The notes under the pieces: generated by a model
The model's input: the letters and a program-made list of their open reading frames with translations, nothing else
The model's database searches: none
Told to the model about the DNA's origin: nothing
Translations under genes and position numbers: made by a program
Source: Octopus vulgaris
Lineage: Eukaryota
Reading direction: 5' to 3'
Assembly: GCA_951406725.2 (NCBI GenBank)
Contig: OX597824.1
Location: forward strand, 42,222,001-42,286,000
DNA length: 64,000 nucleotides
In this document: positions 1 to 14,821 of the stretch, piece after piece
Layout: each line of letters starts with the position of its first letter
Numbering within the stretch: the stretch's first letter is position 1

Positions 1-169
1 TAATTGCCCATTCTTGATAATTGTGTGATAGAAATCACATACACATACACTATCACACACATACAAACGCACACGCACACGCACACACACATGCACACAC
101 ACACAAACCAACAAACACTTTCTATTATGCTTGACGATTGTTCATCATAGAATCGCTTTCAATATTTCC

Positions 170-3040
170 AACTCAAGGGTTTACATTAAGAAAAACAATA
201 TGGACAATACAGTACAAAACAAAGAATGTGTGTGAGTGTGTTGTTGTGAGGATTTTGCGTGTAAACAAGAGCAATAATTTTTTTCAAAAAAGGGAAGAAA
301 GAAATCAACAATGTATAATCCTCAATAGGGAGGAGACGCTTGAGGGCTGCTCATGGAAAAATCCCATAAAAATACATGGGTACCCTGACATTTGGGGAAG
401 GTGTCTTTTTTCCTTTCCTTCTTTTTTCACCTTCAGGCGTATGCACAGGGCAGGCCCAATTACTCGCCACTTTCATCCACCTTTCAACAAACTGGCTAGA
501 AGACAACACTTCCCTCTCTACCCTTATTCTCCTTTTCAAGTGAAGCTTGAAGAAGTTGGTCAGAGATTGACCGAAGCCCCTTCAATTTTGTTCACCACAC
601 AACCCCTTTAGCCATGGCCACTAGGTATATAAACACAGCCTTTCCTTTTCGGTAAAAGGAAGGCGGTGAGGCGGTCTTCACGATGGATTCATTTGACAGG
701 CGGATCCGTCCCACACGCGACAGCAGGTGTTTGGCTTAAGCCCACAGGTCAGCAATGCTCGGGCACTGGACGAGTGCATGCAGAACCATCTCGTCGTCCT
801 GCGCGCATCTCGGACATGATCGGCTGATGGCACTTCCGTGCCTGTAAAGTTTATTTCAAACAGGCAAAGCTCTCCCGTAGCCCTGCCAGGCCAAAGATTT
901 TTGGAAATTATTCATTGGTCCTGGCCCGAAAGCTCTCCGGAAAAGAACAACTAGCTGATCTTCTTCGACGCTCAAGGTCTCCCCAAGAACATCGTCGCAC
1001 TTTTCCTCCACTAATCCTCTATAAAAAGCTAAAGTTGACGTTCCACCTATCGCACTGCCCGATTGGCTGAGGGCTGTAAGCGCTTGAAGACAATCCACTT
1101 TCCAAATGCACCCCCCCCCCCCGGTCTCTGTTAAAGAAACTAGTTGCAGAAATACATGTCTGGCGAGCGGCCACGCCTGTTCATCGTCAGAAAAGCACTG
1201 GAGATGTCGTAGCCTCAGCGCATGTCTGCACAACGTCAACCACGGCATGCCTAGGTCACCATGCAGCGGGTGCTGATAGCATATATACCGCCTGGCCATC
1301 GGAACACGTCCCTTCCACAAGAAGCGAAAGAGTATACGCTCCAGTGTAATCAAACGGTGGCCAGGACAGTCAAGCGATAGTTGATGACAGACGCGATATA
1401 CTCGTTAGCCACCTCTGCCCGACAATCCAGGGATAGCTTTCTCTCAGACCATATCTGGGTGAGAGTAGTCACCCTGCTCGTTACTTCGTCCCAGTTTTTG
1501 TCCATATGGGGGTCCGGACTGAACCAGACCCCGAGCAATTTAATCGGTCTGTCCGTCCAGCGACCAACGACTCAGTTGGACAGCATGGATTTGCTTCTCC
1601 ATGTGCCGAGTCACACGCTCACTGATTTTTCCTGGTTAATTGTTGTTCCTGAAACCGCTTCATAGTCCCTGAGAGCAATACTGATAATTTCTATGTGATA
1701 ATGACCCGACACCACTACGGTGATGTCATCGGCATATGCCGACATGCATCTCCCACATCCTAGATCACACGGGATGCCTCTCAACGTCTCCAGTTTGTGT
1801 AGTAGGTGCTCGGGAGTCAGCACGTACAAGAGAGACAAGAGGGAGAAACCTTGCCGGACTGAGCGCATGACGTTGAACGGCTCTGAGACCTGATAGTTGA
1901 CTCTGACCACTGAACAGATGTCACTGTGCACTGCAGCGATCCAGCCCCTGAATAAGGCCCAAAACTATCTGGCCTAAGAACCACCGCTACGTATAGATAG
2001 TCGACCCTATCGAAAACTTTAGACTGATCTAAATTGATCGAGACCCCAGGTTCTTTAGCCACTTTCTAAATGATGTACCGCATGAGGTGGAGGTTGTCGT
2101 GGACGGATCTTTTATGGATGGCACATATCTATGCCTCTCCTACCAAATCCCCGACGACATGCGCCAACTTTGTAGCTAACACTTTGGTCAAAATTTTGAA
2201 CTCTGCATTCAGCAGAGTTATGGACCTAAAGTTGTCAATACAATGCCCTTGTTTGGGTCTTTTCTCAGCAACCCCATCGCTTCTCGGCTCACAAAACTGC
2301 GAATTCTCCCATTTTGTTGCCAGGTGCATCAAATGTTTGCTAAGAGTTCACCGAACAAGTCTTGCATGTAAGCGTAAAGCTCGTAGAGCAGACCATCCAA
2401 ACCAGGCGACTTACCCCTTGTACAGCTAGCCATTACTTCCCATATTTCAAAGACTGTTATCGGCCTTTCGCAGCGCTCTGCCTCCGTCGCCGAAAGCCGC
2501 AGCAGCCCGTCTAGGTAAGACGTGAAATCCATCCTGTGATCCGGCTTACCACTGTCATGAACAGGTAAGCAAAGCGCCGCTGAAAGACCTCACACATCTG
2601 TCTCAGATCAGTTATCATTTACTATTCGTGGTCCAGCAAGGATCAGTTCGTGGATTTATTGCTACGCCGTGCCTCTGCCACTCGGGCCCATTGAACAGCT
2701 TTCGTTCCTTCATGTTTAGGTGTTCGTGCCTTAGCTCTGACAACGTAACATTCGTGTTTCGCGTTGAAGAATCGTTCGAGTGCCAATCTCGCTGCGTATA
2801 ACTTCCTGACTAGTTTTGTCTCTACTCTGTTTTTTTCTATTGCTAGTCCTTTGCTAAACCTTATCGATTCTATTCTAATCGCCCTTATCACGGCAAACCA
2901 CCATTTATTGTTGATCATTGCCCCCGTCAACATCCTTTTAATTAGTTCACTAATCTGGCCACTGAAATCGTTACGCGACGGCAACGACGTGTTTAGCTTC
3001 CAGTAATCGGGTCCCTGTTAATAAAGCCACTCTAACTCGA
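170..3040 (-). mobile_element. Decayed Tx1/L1-like non-LTR retrotransposon (ORF2 from end of endonuclease through RT, plus 3' UTR), 5'-truncated
   Basis: Collinear minus-strand fragments: GPDYWKLNTSL (~2985-3015), GKSPGLDGL, NFRSITLLNAEFKILTKVLA, INLDQSKVFDRVD, SVRQG, AYADDITV, LGVWF, FRFLWKGR. Many stops and frameshifts. Confidence 0.88.
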
Positions 3041-3041
3041 C

Positions 3042-3836
<795 letters not shown>

Positions 3837-3842
3837 GAATAA

Positions 3843-5246
3843 GCACAAGGCCTGAAATTTTGGGGGAGGGGATAAGTTGATAAAATCGATCCCAATGCGT
3901 AACTGGTACTTATTTCATCGACCCAGAAAGGATGAAAAGCAAAGTCAAACGCGGTGGAATTTGAACTCTGAACGTAGCGACAGACGAAATATCGCTATAC
4001 ACTTCGCACGGCGTGCAACGGTTGTGCCTGTCTGTCGCCTTAATAATAACAAGCAGGACCTGTGAATATTTCACGGATATAAAGGTAAACTTATTGGGTT
4101 ATTTCTGAAAACCTTATCAGAAAAAAAAACTGAAAGAGTAGCCGGTCTTGTGTATGCATCAAAAGATAGTCGCTCGTCTGCTATTCATTGAAAATTGTAA
4201 AAAATTGGAATACGATGATTACGTAGTGCACTTTATATATACACTTTATATACTTCATGCACAATTTTATAGAATTAATACTTAAAACTCATAGAATAAA
4301 ATATTCACTCCTATTTTTCCATTTTCTTCATTAACAAAAGAAGTTTGTATTTAAAAATTTACCTGGTCACAATCCAACACCTAAAAAACAAAAAAATTAT
4401 AGTAAAACTAATTATTTTAGAAGTAACATGCAGAGGTCACAAATTTACTGGAGTAAAAATTTAATGCAGCATGGCATATTCTGAAAACCACATCGTTGGT
4501 AACATATAGGTCAAGACGATGGATGGGTCAGAGCCAATGCACATATCAATTTCGCACACTTTTCAATTCAACAACATCTCCACCACCACTACTACCCCCC
4601 CCCCAACCACCACCACCTTCCACCAACATCACCGCTTCCGCCGCGGCGCTCTACTAGGGTGTAAAGCATAGACGATCTCGGCGAAATTTGAACTCACTAC
4701 GTAGCGTCAGAGGAAATGTCGTTAAGCATATTGTTCGGTGCTGTAACGATTCTACCAGCTTGTTGCCTTTAATAATAATAATAACCATAATAATGATTAA
4801 TAATAATAATAATCCTTTCTACTATAGGCGCAAGGCCTGAAACTTGGTGACGATGGGTAGTCGTTTACATATAGACCGAAGTACTTTACTGATACTTCAT
4901 TTTATCGACCACGAAAGGAAGAAAGGCAAAGAAAACACCGGTGGAATTTGAACTCCGAACGCAAACCGGAAGAAATCCTGCTAAGCATTTTGTCTGGTGT
5001 GCTAGCAGGTCTGCCAGATCACCACATATTTGATAATAACCATAATGGTTTCAAATTTTGTCACAAGGCCAGCAGATGTCATTCTTAGGGTAGAAGTCAC
5101 CGTGTACTGTCAACATGTTTCTGGTCTTGGTATCCGTTTTCTTCACTTCTCTTTTTCTTCTTCTTCTTCTTCTTCTTCTTCTTCTTCTTCTTCTTCTTCT
5201 TCTTCTTCTTCTTCTTCTTCTTCTTCTTCTTCTTCTTCTCCTCCTC

Positions 5247-5317
<71 letters not shown>

Positions 5318-5442
5318 CAACGGGCTGGCAGAATCATTAGCACACCGGATGTAATGCTTGCCGACACTTCATCCGTCTTTACGTTCTGAGTTCAAATTTG
5401 CTTTCCATTGTTTCGGAGTCGAGGAAATAAGTACCAGTTGAC
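3843..5442. mobile_element. Cluster of tRNA-derived SINE family A copies (~3843-4041 -, ~4675-4770 -, ~4812-5020 -, ~5320-5442 +)
   Basis: Shared core atcgacccc-gaaaggatgaaaggcaaagtcgacctcggcggaatttgaactc. A box (TGGCAGAA) and B box (GTTCAAATTCC) lie on the sense strand. Confidence 0.85.
5156..5317. repeat. Compound (TTC)n/(ATT)n microsatellite
   Basis: Direct reading. Confidence 0.97.
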
Positions 5443-6240
5443 AGGCTGTACCTGTCCAGAAGAAAGGATGGGAGAGATTTAATGAGTTGCGAGGACTGTA
5501 TCGATGCAGAGAAAAATAACCTAGGTATATAAAAAATGCCATGGAGCCACTGTTGAAACATATGAAGGCCAGTGTCATCAAAACTGAAAATTGTGTAAAG
5601 AAAATTTAAACAAGAAATAAACAAAAGAAAAAGCACTGAAAGAAAAGAAAATGTACGGTCAGTTTGCCAGAGATGTGAATGCCAAGATATGCAGAGGACC
5701 GGTGGCTATGGATTAGGAGGAGTGACCTGAAGATATAGACAGAAACGCTCATATGCCAAGCACAGGAACAAACGTTATGGACCAACTATATGAAGTGCAG
5801 AATAGACAACACTACCGATAGCGACAAATGCAGAATGTTTGGTGAGAGGGGTGAAATGGTATGGCACATCATTAGCGAATGCTCGAAATTGGCACCAAGA
5901 GAATACAAAAGACACCATGACAATATGGCAAGAATGATCCATTGGGAGCTCTGTGGAAGCCACGGCCTACCAAGAACAAAGACGTGGTATGAGCAAACTC
6001 CAGAAGGAGTCACCGAAAATGAGAACTGCAAAATCTTATGGGATGCAATGATCCAATGCGATCACCTGACCAGACATCGGAAACCGGATATTGTTGTGGG
6101 GAATGAAAAACAAAGAATATGTACGATAATCGACATAGCATGCCCTGGTGATAACAGGATCAATGCAAAAGCAGAAGAAAAAATAAACATCTATGACGAT
6201 TTGATGTGGGAAATACGAAGCTTGTGGTCAATGAGGAGAG

Positions 6241-6243
<3 letters not shown>
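5443..6243 (+). mobile_element. R4/Dong-type RLE non-LTR retrotransposon fragment (zinc knuckle plus restriction-like endonuclease)
   Basis: ORF 5790-6248: CRMFGERGEMVWHIISEC (degenerate CCHC), HHDNMARMIHWELC, KPDIVV...IIDIACP (PD-(D/E)xK). Disrupted upstream. Confidence 0.88.
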
Positions 6244-7522
<1,279 letters not shown>

Positions 7523-7922
7523 GATAATAACGAAGTTATAAACATAATGGTATGGAAATGCATCTGTCAATTTAAAGTTCTTTTCTACTTATTTTCCTAT
7601 ATTTCTACTTAAAGTCCAAACCGTTTTCATTCTTCTCCATGAACTAAATTATTCAATGTCACTCCCTTTTGTTTCCTCTCCCTCGTTTCTCATTTCTCTT
7701 TTATAGTCTTTCCTCTCGCTTACTTCCTTCTATTCCTTTGTAAGCTTTAGTTTTTCTTCTAAACTGTTTCCATTTCCTTATTTTCCATAATTATTCATTT
7801 TTATCACCTTTACACCTTATTTTGTTTTTGCCTTGTTTTTCTCTGATTTCTCTGATTTCTCTCTTAATTTTTGTCTCAAATTTGATTCTAAAAAAATAAT
7901 GCTCCAACCTCTTTGTTTGGAT

Positions 7923-8088
7923 TTCTTCTTCTTCTTCTTCTTCTTCTTCTTCTTCTTCTTCTTCTTCTTCTTCTTCTTCTTCTTCTTCTTCTTCTTCTTC
8001 TTCTTCTTCTTCTTCTTCTTCTTCTTCTTCTTCTTCTTCTTCTTCTTCTTCTTCTTCTTCTTCTTCTTCTTCTTCTTCTTCTTCTTCT
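7923..8088. repeat. Long perfect (TTC)n/(GAA)n microsatellite
   Basis: Direct reading, about 55 units. Confidence 0.98.
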
Positions 8089-8148
8089 TGTGCATAAATG
8101 GATATATGAGTGTGTGTGTGTGGATGCATGTATATGTGTATGCATATG

Positions 8149-8197
<49 letters not shown>

Positions 8198-8789
8198 ATA
8201 TATACATACACACACACACACATATATATATATACATACATACATATATGTATACATACATACATGCATGTATACATACATACATGCATACATACATACA
8301 TACATACATACATACATACATAATTCTCCCCCTTTTTCAATTTTATTGCCTCGCCCTTCTCCTGCTGTCCATTCTACATCCTCATACTTAAGATGTGATA
8401 CACAAAGGGCAAGATAAACCCGTTTCTTTCTGATTTATTACATATTTGATACGACACATTACTTTATAAAGCAGAACACCTGCATATATACAGAACTGCT
8501 AATGGATAGAGATGGCTAAATACCATTGAATTATTTGTACATATAATAAATGACAATAAATTAGACATTTTATTTTATTTTATTTTATTTTAAGATACAT
8601 TTTAAATCATTCTATAATATTATAACCTTCACAAATATATACATGCATATGGGTCGCTTATGATTAAGAAAAGTCAAGCAATTAACTCTATTTAAAACAG
8701 TTGCATGAAATAAACTTTAACTGATCTGGTTTCAAACACACACACACGCACACACACGCGTGCGCGCGCACACACATACATACACACAC

Positions 8790-9155
8790 AGAGGCAGTGA
8801 GCTGGTAGAATCGTCAGCGAATGAGATAAAATTATTAGCAGCATTTCTTCGGCCCTTTTACGTTCCGAGTTCAAATTCTGCCGCAGTCGACATTGCCGTT
8901 TATTCTTTCAGAGTCGATAAAATAAATATCAGTTCAACACTGGGGTAGATGAAATCAACTTACCCAAACTAAAAAGAAAAATAACTTGCTGATCGTTTTC
9001 CTAAATTTAAAATGTGGCACATATGGTAACGTGTCAACTTTACATTTCATCCTTGCAGGGTCGATAAAATAAGCACAAATCGAGCACTGGGTTCGATTTC
9101 ATCAACTAGCCCTCTTCCCAAAATTTCAGGCATTGTGCTTACAACAGAAGGAATT
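8790..9155 (+). mobile_element. Two diverged SINE family A copies
   Basis: gagctggtagaatcgtcagc...gttcaaattc...gtcgataaaat core. Confidence 0.75.
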
Positions 9156-9189
9156 TTATACACTCATGTACGGGTGTGTGTATATATAT

Positions 9190-10290
9190 AAAATCCCAAA
9201 AAAATGGAACAAGAACGCAACAGATGACAATAAAACATCAGGATAGATAGACGATACAAAGACAGACAGGAAAAAAAAAGGACGGGTTATTCGCAGCCTT
9301 CTCTCATTAGTCAAGTTTCTAGATCGTTCTTACAGTTTCGGCCGGTTAACTTGATTTGATGATATCGTTGGCTGGCCCCAAAAACCCAAGCTAAGAGCAT
9401 TAAATGTTTTGGGAGAAAGCAAGCGAATGTGCACGAGAACAAAGACAAAAATAAATGGGGAAAATGTTACACAATTACAAATATAAACAACAGGAAAATA
9501 ACAAGAGGTGCCTTTCGACCAATGAAGACGAATCAAGTTGAGCTGGCGTGTGTAGAGTGAAAGACTTAAGGCAGAAACAGGAGATGAACATAAGCAATGA
9601 AAGTCATGTGACAGGAATATAAGAGATGCTTCGCGGCCGGCAGTCGAGCCAAGAAAGAAAGCTCATACTTGACCGAACACCGGTCACGTGGAAAGAAAGA
9701 AGAGCGGTAGAGGCAGAGGGATTGAAGAATTGGGGGAATAACGAGAAAGAGAGGAAATCAAAGGGACATAGAGAAAGGTACAAGGGACATAAATGAGGAG
9801 GGAAAGTAGGGAGACTAAAAAAAGAGAAGGGCAAGAAATGTGAGAGAGGGGGAGCGAGAAAAAGAAAAGAGGAAAGAAGAAAGTATGAGGGAGACTAAAA
9901 GAAAGAGTAAAAGAGTCGTACAGAATCTAGATACATACTTACAAAGTGTGCAACAGTGTACGTACGCCATTATATGTATATATAATTCCCAAAATAAGGA
10001 GCAAGAACGCAACGGACGACACTAAAACATCCGGGTAGATAGACGATACAAAGACAGACAGGAAAAGCAACAAAAAGACAGACAGGAAAAAACAAGGACG
10101 GATCATTCGCAGTCTTCTCTCATCAGTCAACTTTCCAGATCATTCTTACAGTTTCGGCTGGTTACACTTGAAACTGCTCAAATCTGGCTGCCCCACCCTA
10201 AATCTAAGCTAAGTGCATTAAACTTTTTGGGAGAAAGCAAGCGAATGTATACAACAGAGACAAAAAAAATAGAGAAAATGTTGCAGATAA
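9190..10290 (-). mobile_element. Non-coding element with ~300 bp diverged direct repeats (9190-9480 and 9983-10290), each abutting short (TA)n; resembles a tandem PLE pseudo-LTR
   Basis: Both repeats share caagaacgcaac, tagatagacgatacaaagacagacaggaaaa, ttcttacagtttcggc and ttttgggagaaagcaagcgaatgt. The PLE assignment is inference. Confidence 0.6.
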
Positions 10291-10692
10291 GCACATGCTT
10301 ACGGCGTGTATACGAAAATATCACTGGGTGAGTCGTGCTTCAGCACACGATATGTCTCGTTGCCCTAAACAAACCACTGCATTCCTATATAACCCCAGAT
10401 ATCATCCATTTGGTTACTGATCTAGAAAATTAGGGACAACGGGATGAAGTTTTGTCATCCAACCTCCTAATCAAGATTTGGAGTCTTTGGAATTATAAAT
10501 AGATGGTGACATGTGAAATATCACATGCTCCGATTGAACTCAATTGTTCTACAGGGTCAAAAACAAACTAGCGCTTATTGTAAAGCTATGGAATGTAGAC
10601 AAACAAAATCTCTTGTGCAAGCACAGTTTTGTATGTGCATGAATGTATATGTGTATGTATGTATGCATGTATGTATGTGTGTATGTATTGAT

Positions 10693-10750
<58 letters not shown>

Positions 10751-10806
10751 TTACGGCTCTTATGCTTGTGGCCACTAACGTTATTATTTTCATGAATATT
10801 AATGTT

Positions 10807-10897
<91 letters not shown>

Positions 10898-11305
10898 CAC
10901 ATAGTTTGTTTGTTTCAATGGTGCTTGGTCACTCAAACTAATACAGGCATGATAGTAGTGAATCTTAGTACTTGTTACTAGTAGATCTGGCTGAGAGTAA
11001 ATGAGGGCCTTTGGTACTAAATTTAAAATCATGATATCAGATTAACTGACATTCTTTCTGCAACATTTGCGGGGGTAAAACGCAATTATTATTCACTTAA
11101 ATTTTTTCCTATCATCCCTGTATTAATTTAGTGATTCTCCTGTGACTTCGGAGCTTTTTGACTGCTATCTTTAGCTAAGAAGATGCTTACTTTTACCGTA
11201 TAATATATGAATATATTTCTAAATTTTATATATACTTTTAATTTTGCCTATACGGCTTTATGCTTGCGGTCACTAACGTTATTATATATATATATATATA
11301 TATAT

Positions 11306-11372
<67 letters not shown>

Positions 11373-11947
11373 TACACACATATATATTATATATTTTTAT
11401 ATATATTTTAAGAAGACAAAATTTATGGCCGAAATCATTGGTTTCGCACCTATAAAGCGCTTAGCTGTAAAGGCGATGCGTCAGACTCTATGTATTTACT
11501 ATATATAATATATATGACGTGTTTCCGTCTACAAATTTCCCTGACAATGCTTTAGGCTGTCTTGAGCTATTATAGAAGGCATTTAATCTTAAACATCAAT
11601 TTGAGGATTAATATTAATTTGATGAGATCTTTTGCAAGTACGATAAAACCAATTTCCGTTTAACTGAATCGCTTCAGGAAGCACAAACGTATTTTCTTTT
11701 CAAACAGCATTAAAGTGTTAGTACTTCGTTAGCTATTGTCTTCCATACGGATGGAATACCAAAGTAATTTCGTAATGTAATTACATAAAAGTATAGATCA
11801 GCTTTAATATGGTTATTAAAAAATTGATAATTGATTGGTAATATACACTTATTATTGCCATAAAAATATTCACAATGAGTGAAGTGAGCTGGATAAGTGT
11901 ACTTATTTTGCCTGACAGCTTACGCAATAATAATATTCATACATTAA

Positions 11948-12130
11948 AAGCGATGAGCTGGCAGAATCATTTGCACGCTTAGCAAAATGCTTAGCGGCAT
12001 TTAGTTTCTTTACGTTCTGTGTTCAAATTCCGCTAAGGTCGACTTTGCCTTTTAACCTTTCGGGAGCGCTAAAATGAGTAACAGTTGAGCAGTGGGGTCT
12101 GAAATTGCTAACCTTGTCCCAAAATTTAGA
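11948..12130 (+). mobile_element. SINE family A copy
   Basis: gagctggcagaatc...gttcaaattccgctaaggtcgactttgcc. Confidence 0.8.
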
Positions 12131-12904
12131 ACCGATATTCATGCATCATTATCGTCGCGGGAACCATTTCATCATTTTGCGCCCGAAATCGTTCGTCTTG
12201 CTTATCAGCCAGATTCTCCCTTACTTTACAAACATTATTTACGTGCTCTCTTCATATATCTTCTCAAAACAACATCACTGAAGGGTTTCTGGTCACTAAC
12301 GGACTGAATGTACGTTGTGTAATAGCTCCAATATCCTTTCTCCCGTACTTGGCAGTCATGCTTCATGGACTATCAGCAACAGAATAATTGAAAGTGGAGA
12401 CCATGTAGCGCGCTAAAGGAGGACTTTTCAAACTCGCGAAGATTGTACAATGTCATTTGCATCACACAGCTGCAATAACCGGGTAATAATGTTTCGATAA
12501 CACACACAGGAATATGTAACAGTCGGTTAACAACTTCAAGAACGTATATGATGGGATTGGTATGATAATCAAGATCCAGAAACCAAAGAGTTCAAACAAG
12601 CTGCTGCAGGAATAATCATACCAGATTTCAATAACAACAGCTTGAACACCTTACTGGAATAGATGGATCTTTTTCTCTACTTTGCAAGTCTTAAATTCAT
12701 ACAAATCAACCCCAAGAAGAGCGTGGCAAACAGGATTCATACCGACCATGTTGAAATTAAAACATGGCTTCAGGCACAAAAATCTTAAAACAACAGATGA
12801 AACACATGCTGCATCAGTTTGTAGTTACTTCATCCCTAATCTACAATGTAAAATATGTTGTTCAGATACGAAGACTATTTGTTTAACATTGCAGGAATTG
12901 AAAA

Positions 12905-13610
12905 AGCTCAACCCAACGCTATCATGAACCCAAAACTATCGTGAAATTAACATTGTCAACTGACTAACACTTTCATGAAGCCAACACTATCATCAGCTTC
13001 ATGATAGTTTTGATCTGATGATACTGTTGGCTACGGGACAATGCTTGCTCGATGATAGTGGTGGCTTGATGAGAGTTATGGATTCATGATATTGGATTGA
13101 TAACAGCGTGAAGTTGATAGTATTAGCTGCATTATAGCACTGGCTTTATATGATAGCGTCGTTTGGCGGCAATTTTGACTTGATTGTGTTGGCATCATGG
13201 TAGTGTTTGTTTCATGATATCATTGGCTTCATAAAAACATTATATTGATGAGAGTGATGGTTTGATAAAAAAATTGGTTTGAAGAGAGAGATGGCTTAAT
13301 GATAGTATTGGCCTCATGAGAGCCTTTCTCAACCACAGAGCATGCTTCACAACAGTCTTGGCTTGGTGATAAGCAACACTATCAAACTAACACGATCATT
13401 AAATCAACATTATTAACATACAAACATTTTCATCCAAATAGCAATATCATGAAACCAAAGCTATCATGAAGTCAATATTATCATCAAACCAGTTCGCTCA
13501 TCAAGTCAAAGATCTCCTAAAGTCAACATTATAATAAAGCGAAGACTATCTGTAAGTCGTCATTATCATCAAGCCAACACACACGTGAAGCCAACACTAT
13601 CATCAAATCA
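12905..13610. repeat. Degenerate ~17-20 bp minisatellite (atcatgaagccaacact) with an internally inverted block
   Basis: Forward units (aagccaacactatcatc) at ~12910-13000 and ~13370-13610. Reverse units (atgatagtgttggctt-like) at ~13000-13370. Confidence 0.75.
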
Positions 13611-13699
13611 AGCTAACTTCTAGCATCGTTTTTGATGGACATATTATGCACAAAGTTTGAACAACCGCAAACTATCTTGATTTTATCTTTACATCGAAC

Positions 13700-13828
13700 T
13701 TAACACAAAAACTTTTTGTATTTGCTAAATTAAGAATGAACACAAATTATCTATAAAACGACATTAACACAAAAACTTTTTTGTATTTGCTAAATTAAGA
13801 ATGAACACAAATTATCTATAAAACGACA
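13700..13828. repeat. ~64 bp near-perfect tandem duplication
   Basis: ttaacacaaaaactttttgtatttgctaaattaagaatgaacacaaattatctataaaacgaca occurs twice. Confidence 0.95.
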
Positions 13829-14139
13829 GTCTTTAACCATTAAATGTAGTAGAGACCATATTTGAAGCAAATAAAGTGGAACAGTGCATTTCATTACATA
13901 TGTGTGTCTTCGCAACAGGTGAAACATTTTTGTTTTGTGAGGCGTATGTAGAGCAAGCCAATGCAGAAAGCCACACCTGTCTTCAGACTAACCGTAGCGG
14001 AGGTTAAATATAGTTTTGGATTTGTGAATGTTTACTGCATTGCCAAAAGAGACGTACTACTTTTACAGAACGATAGTCTGAACCTTAGAAAAATTGATGC
14101 TTTAGTTTTGGACATAAGGCAATACCAATATTATCCGAA

Positions 14140-14325
14140 TTTCTGACACAAGGCCAGAAGTTTCGGAGAAGGGGATAAGTTGGTTACATTGACCCCAGAG
14201 CTCAACTGGTACTTATTTTATCGACCGCGAAGGGATGAAAGGCAAAGTTGACCTCGGTGGAATTTGAAATCAGGACGTAACAAGGGATGAAATGCCGTTA
14301 AGCATTTTGCAGTCTCACCACCTTC
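14140..14325 (-). mobile_element. SINE family A copy
   Basis: Family A core sequence. Confidence 0.82.
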
Positions 14326-14588
14326 GCGTGATACCAATATTAGTATTCGAATTACTGGCGCCTGGACTAATTGCGTTATACATATAACTTCGTTATCTAT
14401 AATTAAAATATGTACTCCTTTTGTAAGCCGACAGTGTTTTATTTAGTTTGATTTTGCTGCAATTTCTTGCAGGTCAAGTCTTCTTAGTTGACTCATGTAT
14501 AAACCGATGTCGTAATCTGTGATAGATTATTTGTGGAAAAAACTTCTACTTTAAACTTACCACAGACTTTTCACCATCACCAGGTACC

Positions 14589-14821
14589 TATTTCTTTACT
14601 ACCCACAAAGGGCTAAACAGAGAGAGGACAAACAAGGACAGACAAAGGGATTAAGTCGATTATATCGACCCCAGTGCGTAACTGGTACTTATTTAATCGA
14701 CCCCGAAAGGATGAAAAGCAAAGTCGACCTCGGCGGAATTTGAACTCAGAACGTAACGGCAGACGAAATACGGCTACGCATTTCGCCCGGCGTGCTAACG
14801 GTTCTGCCAGCTCGCCGCCTA
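14589..14821 (-). mobile_element. Young full-length SINE family A copy (Tx1-like tail subfamily) with 16 bp target-site duplication
   Basis: TSD accatcaccaggtacc at 14573-14588 and 14822-14837. Intact A and B boxes. Confidence 0.93.

Noticed and set aside
7791-8417. Poly-E/K/R/F/L and YI/CV/HT ORFs here and throughout the window
   Set aside because: Simple-repeat translations.
12330-12927. Possible coding remnant in moderately GC-balanced unique sequence
   Set aside because: Only short open frames and no motif I recognise; BLASTX would be needed.
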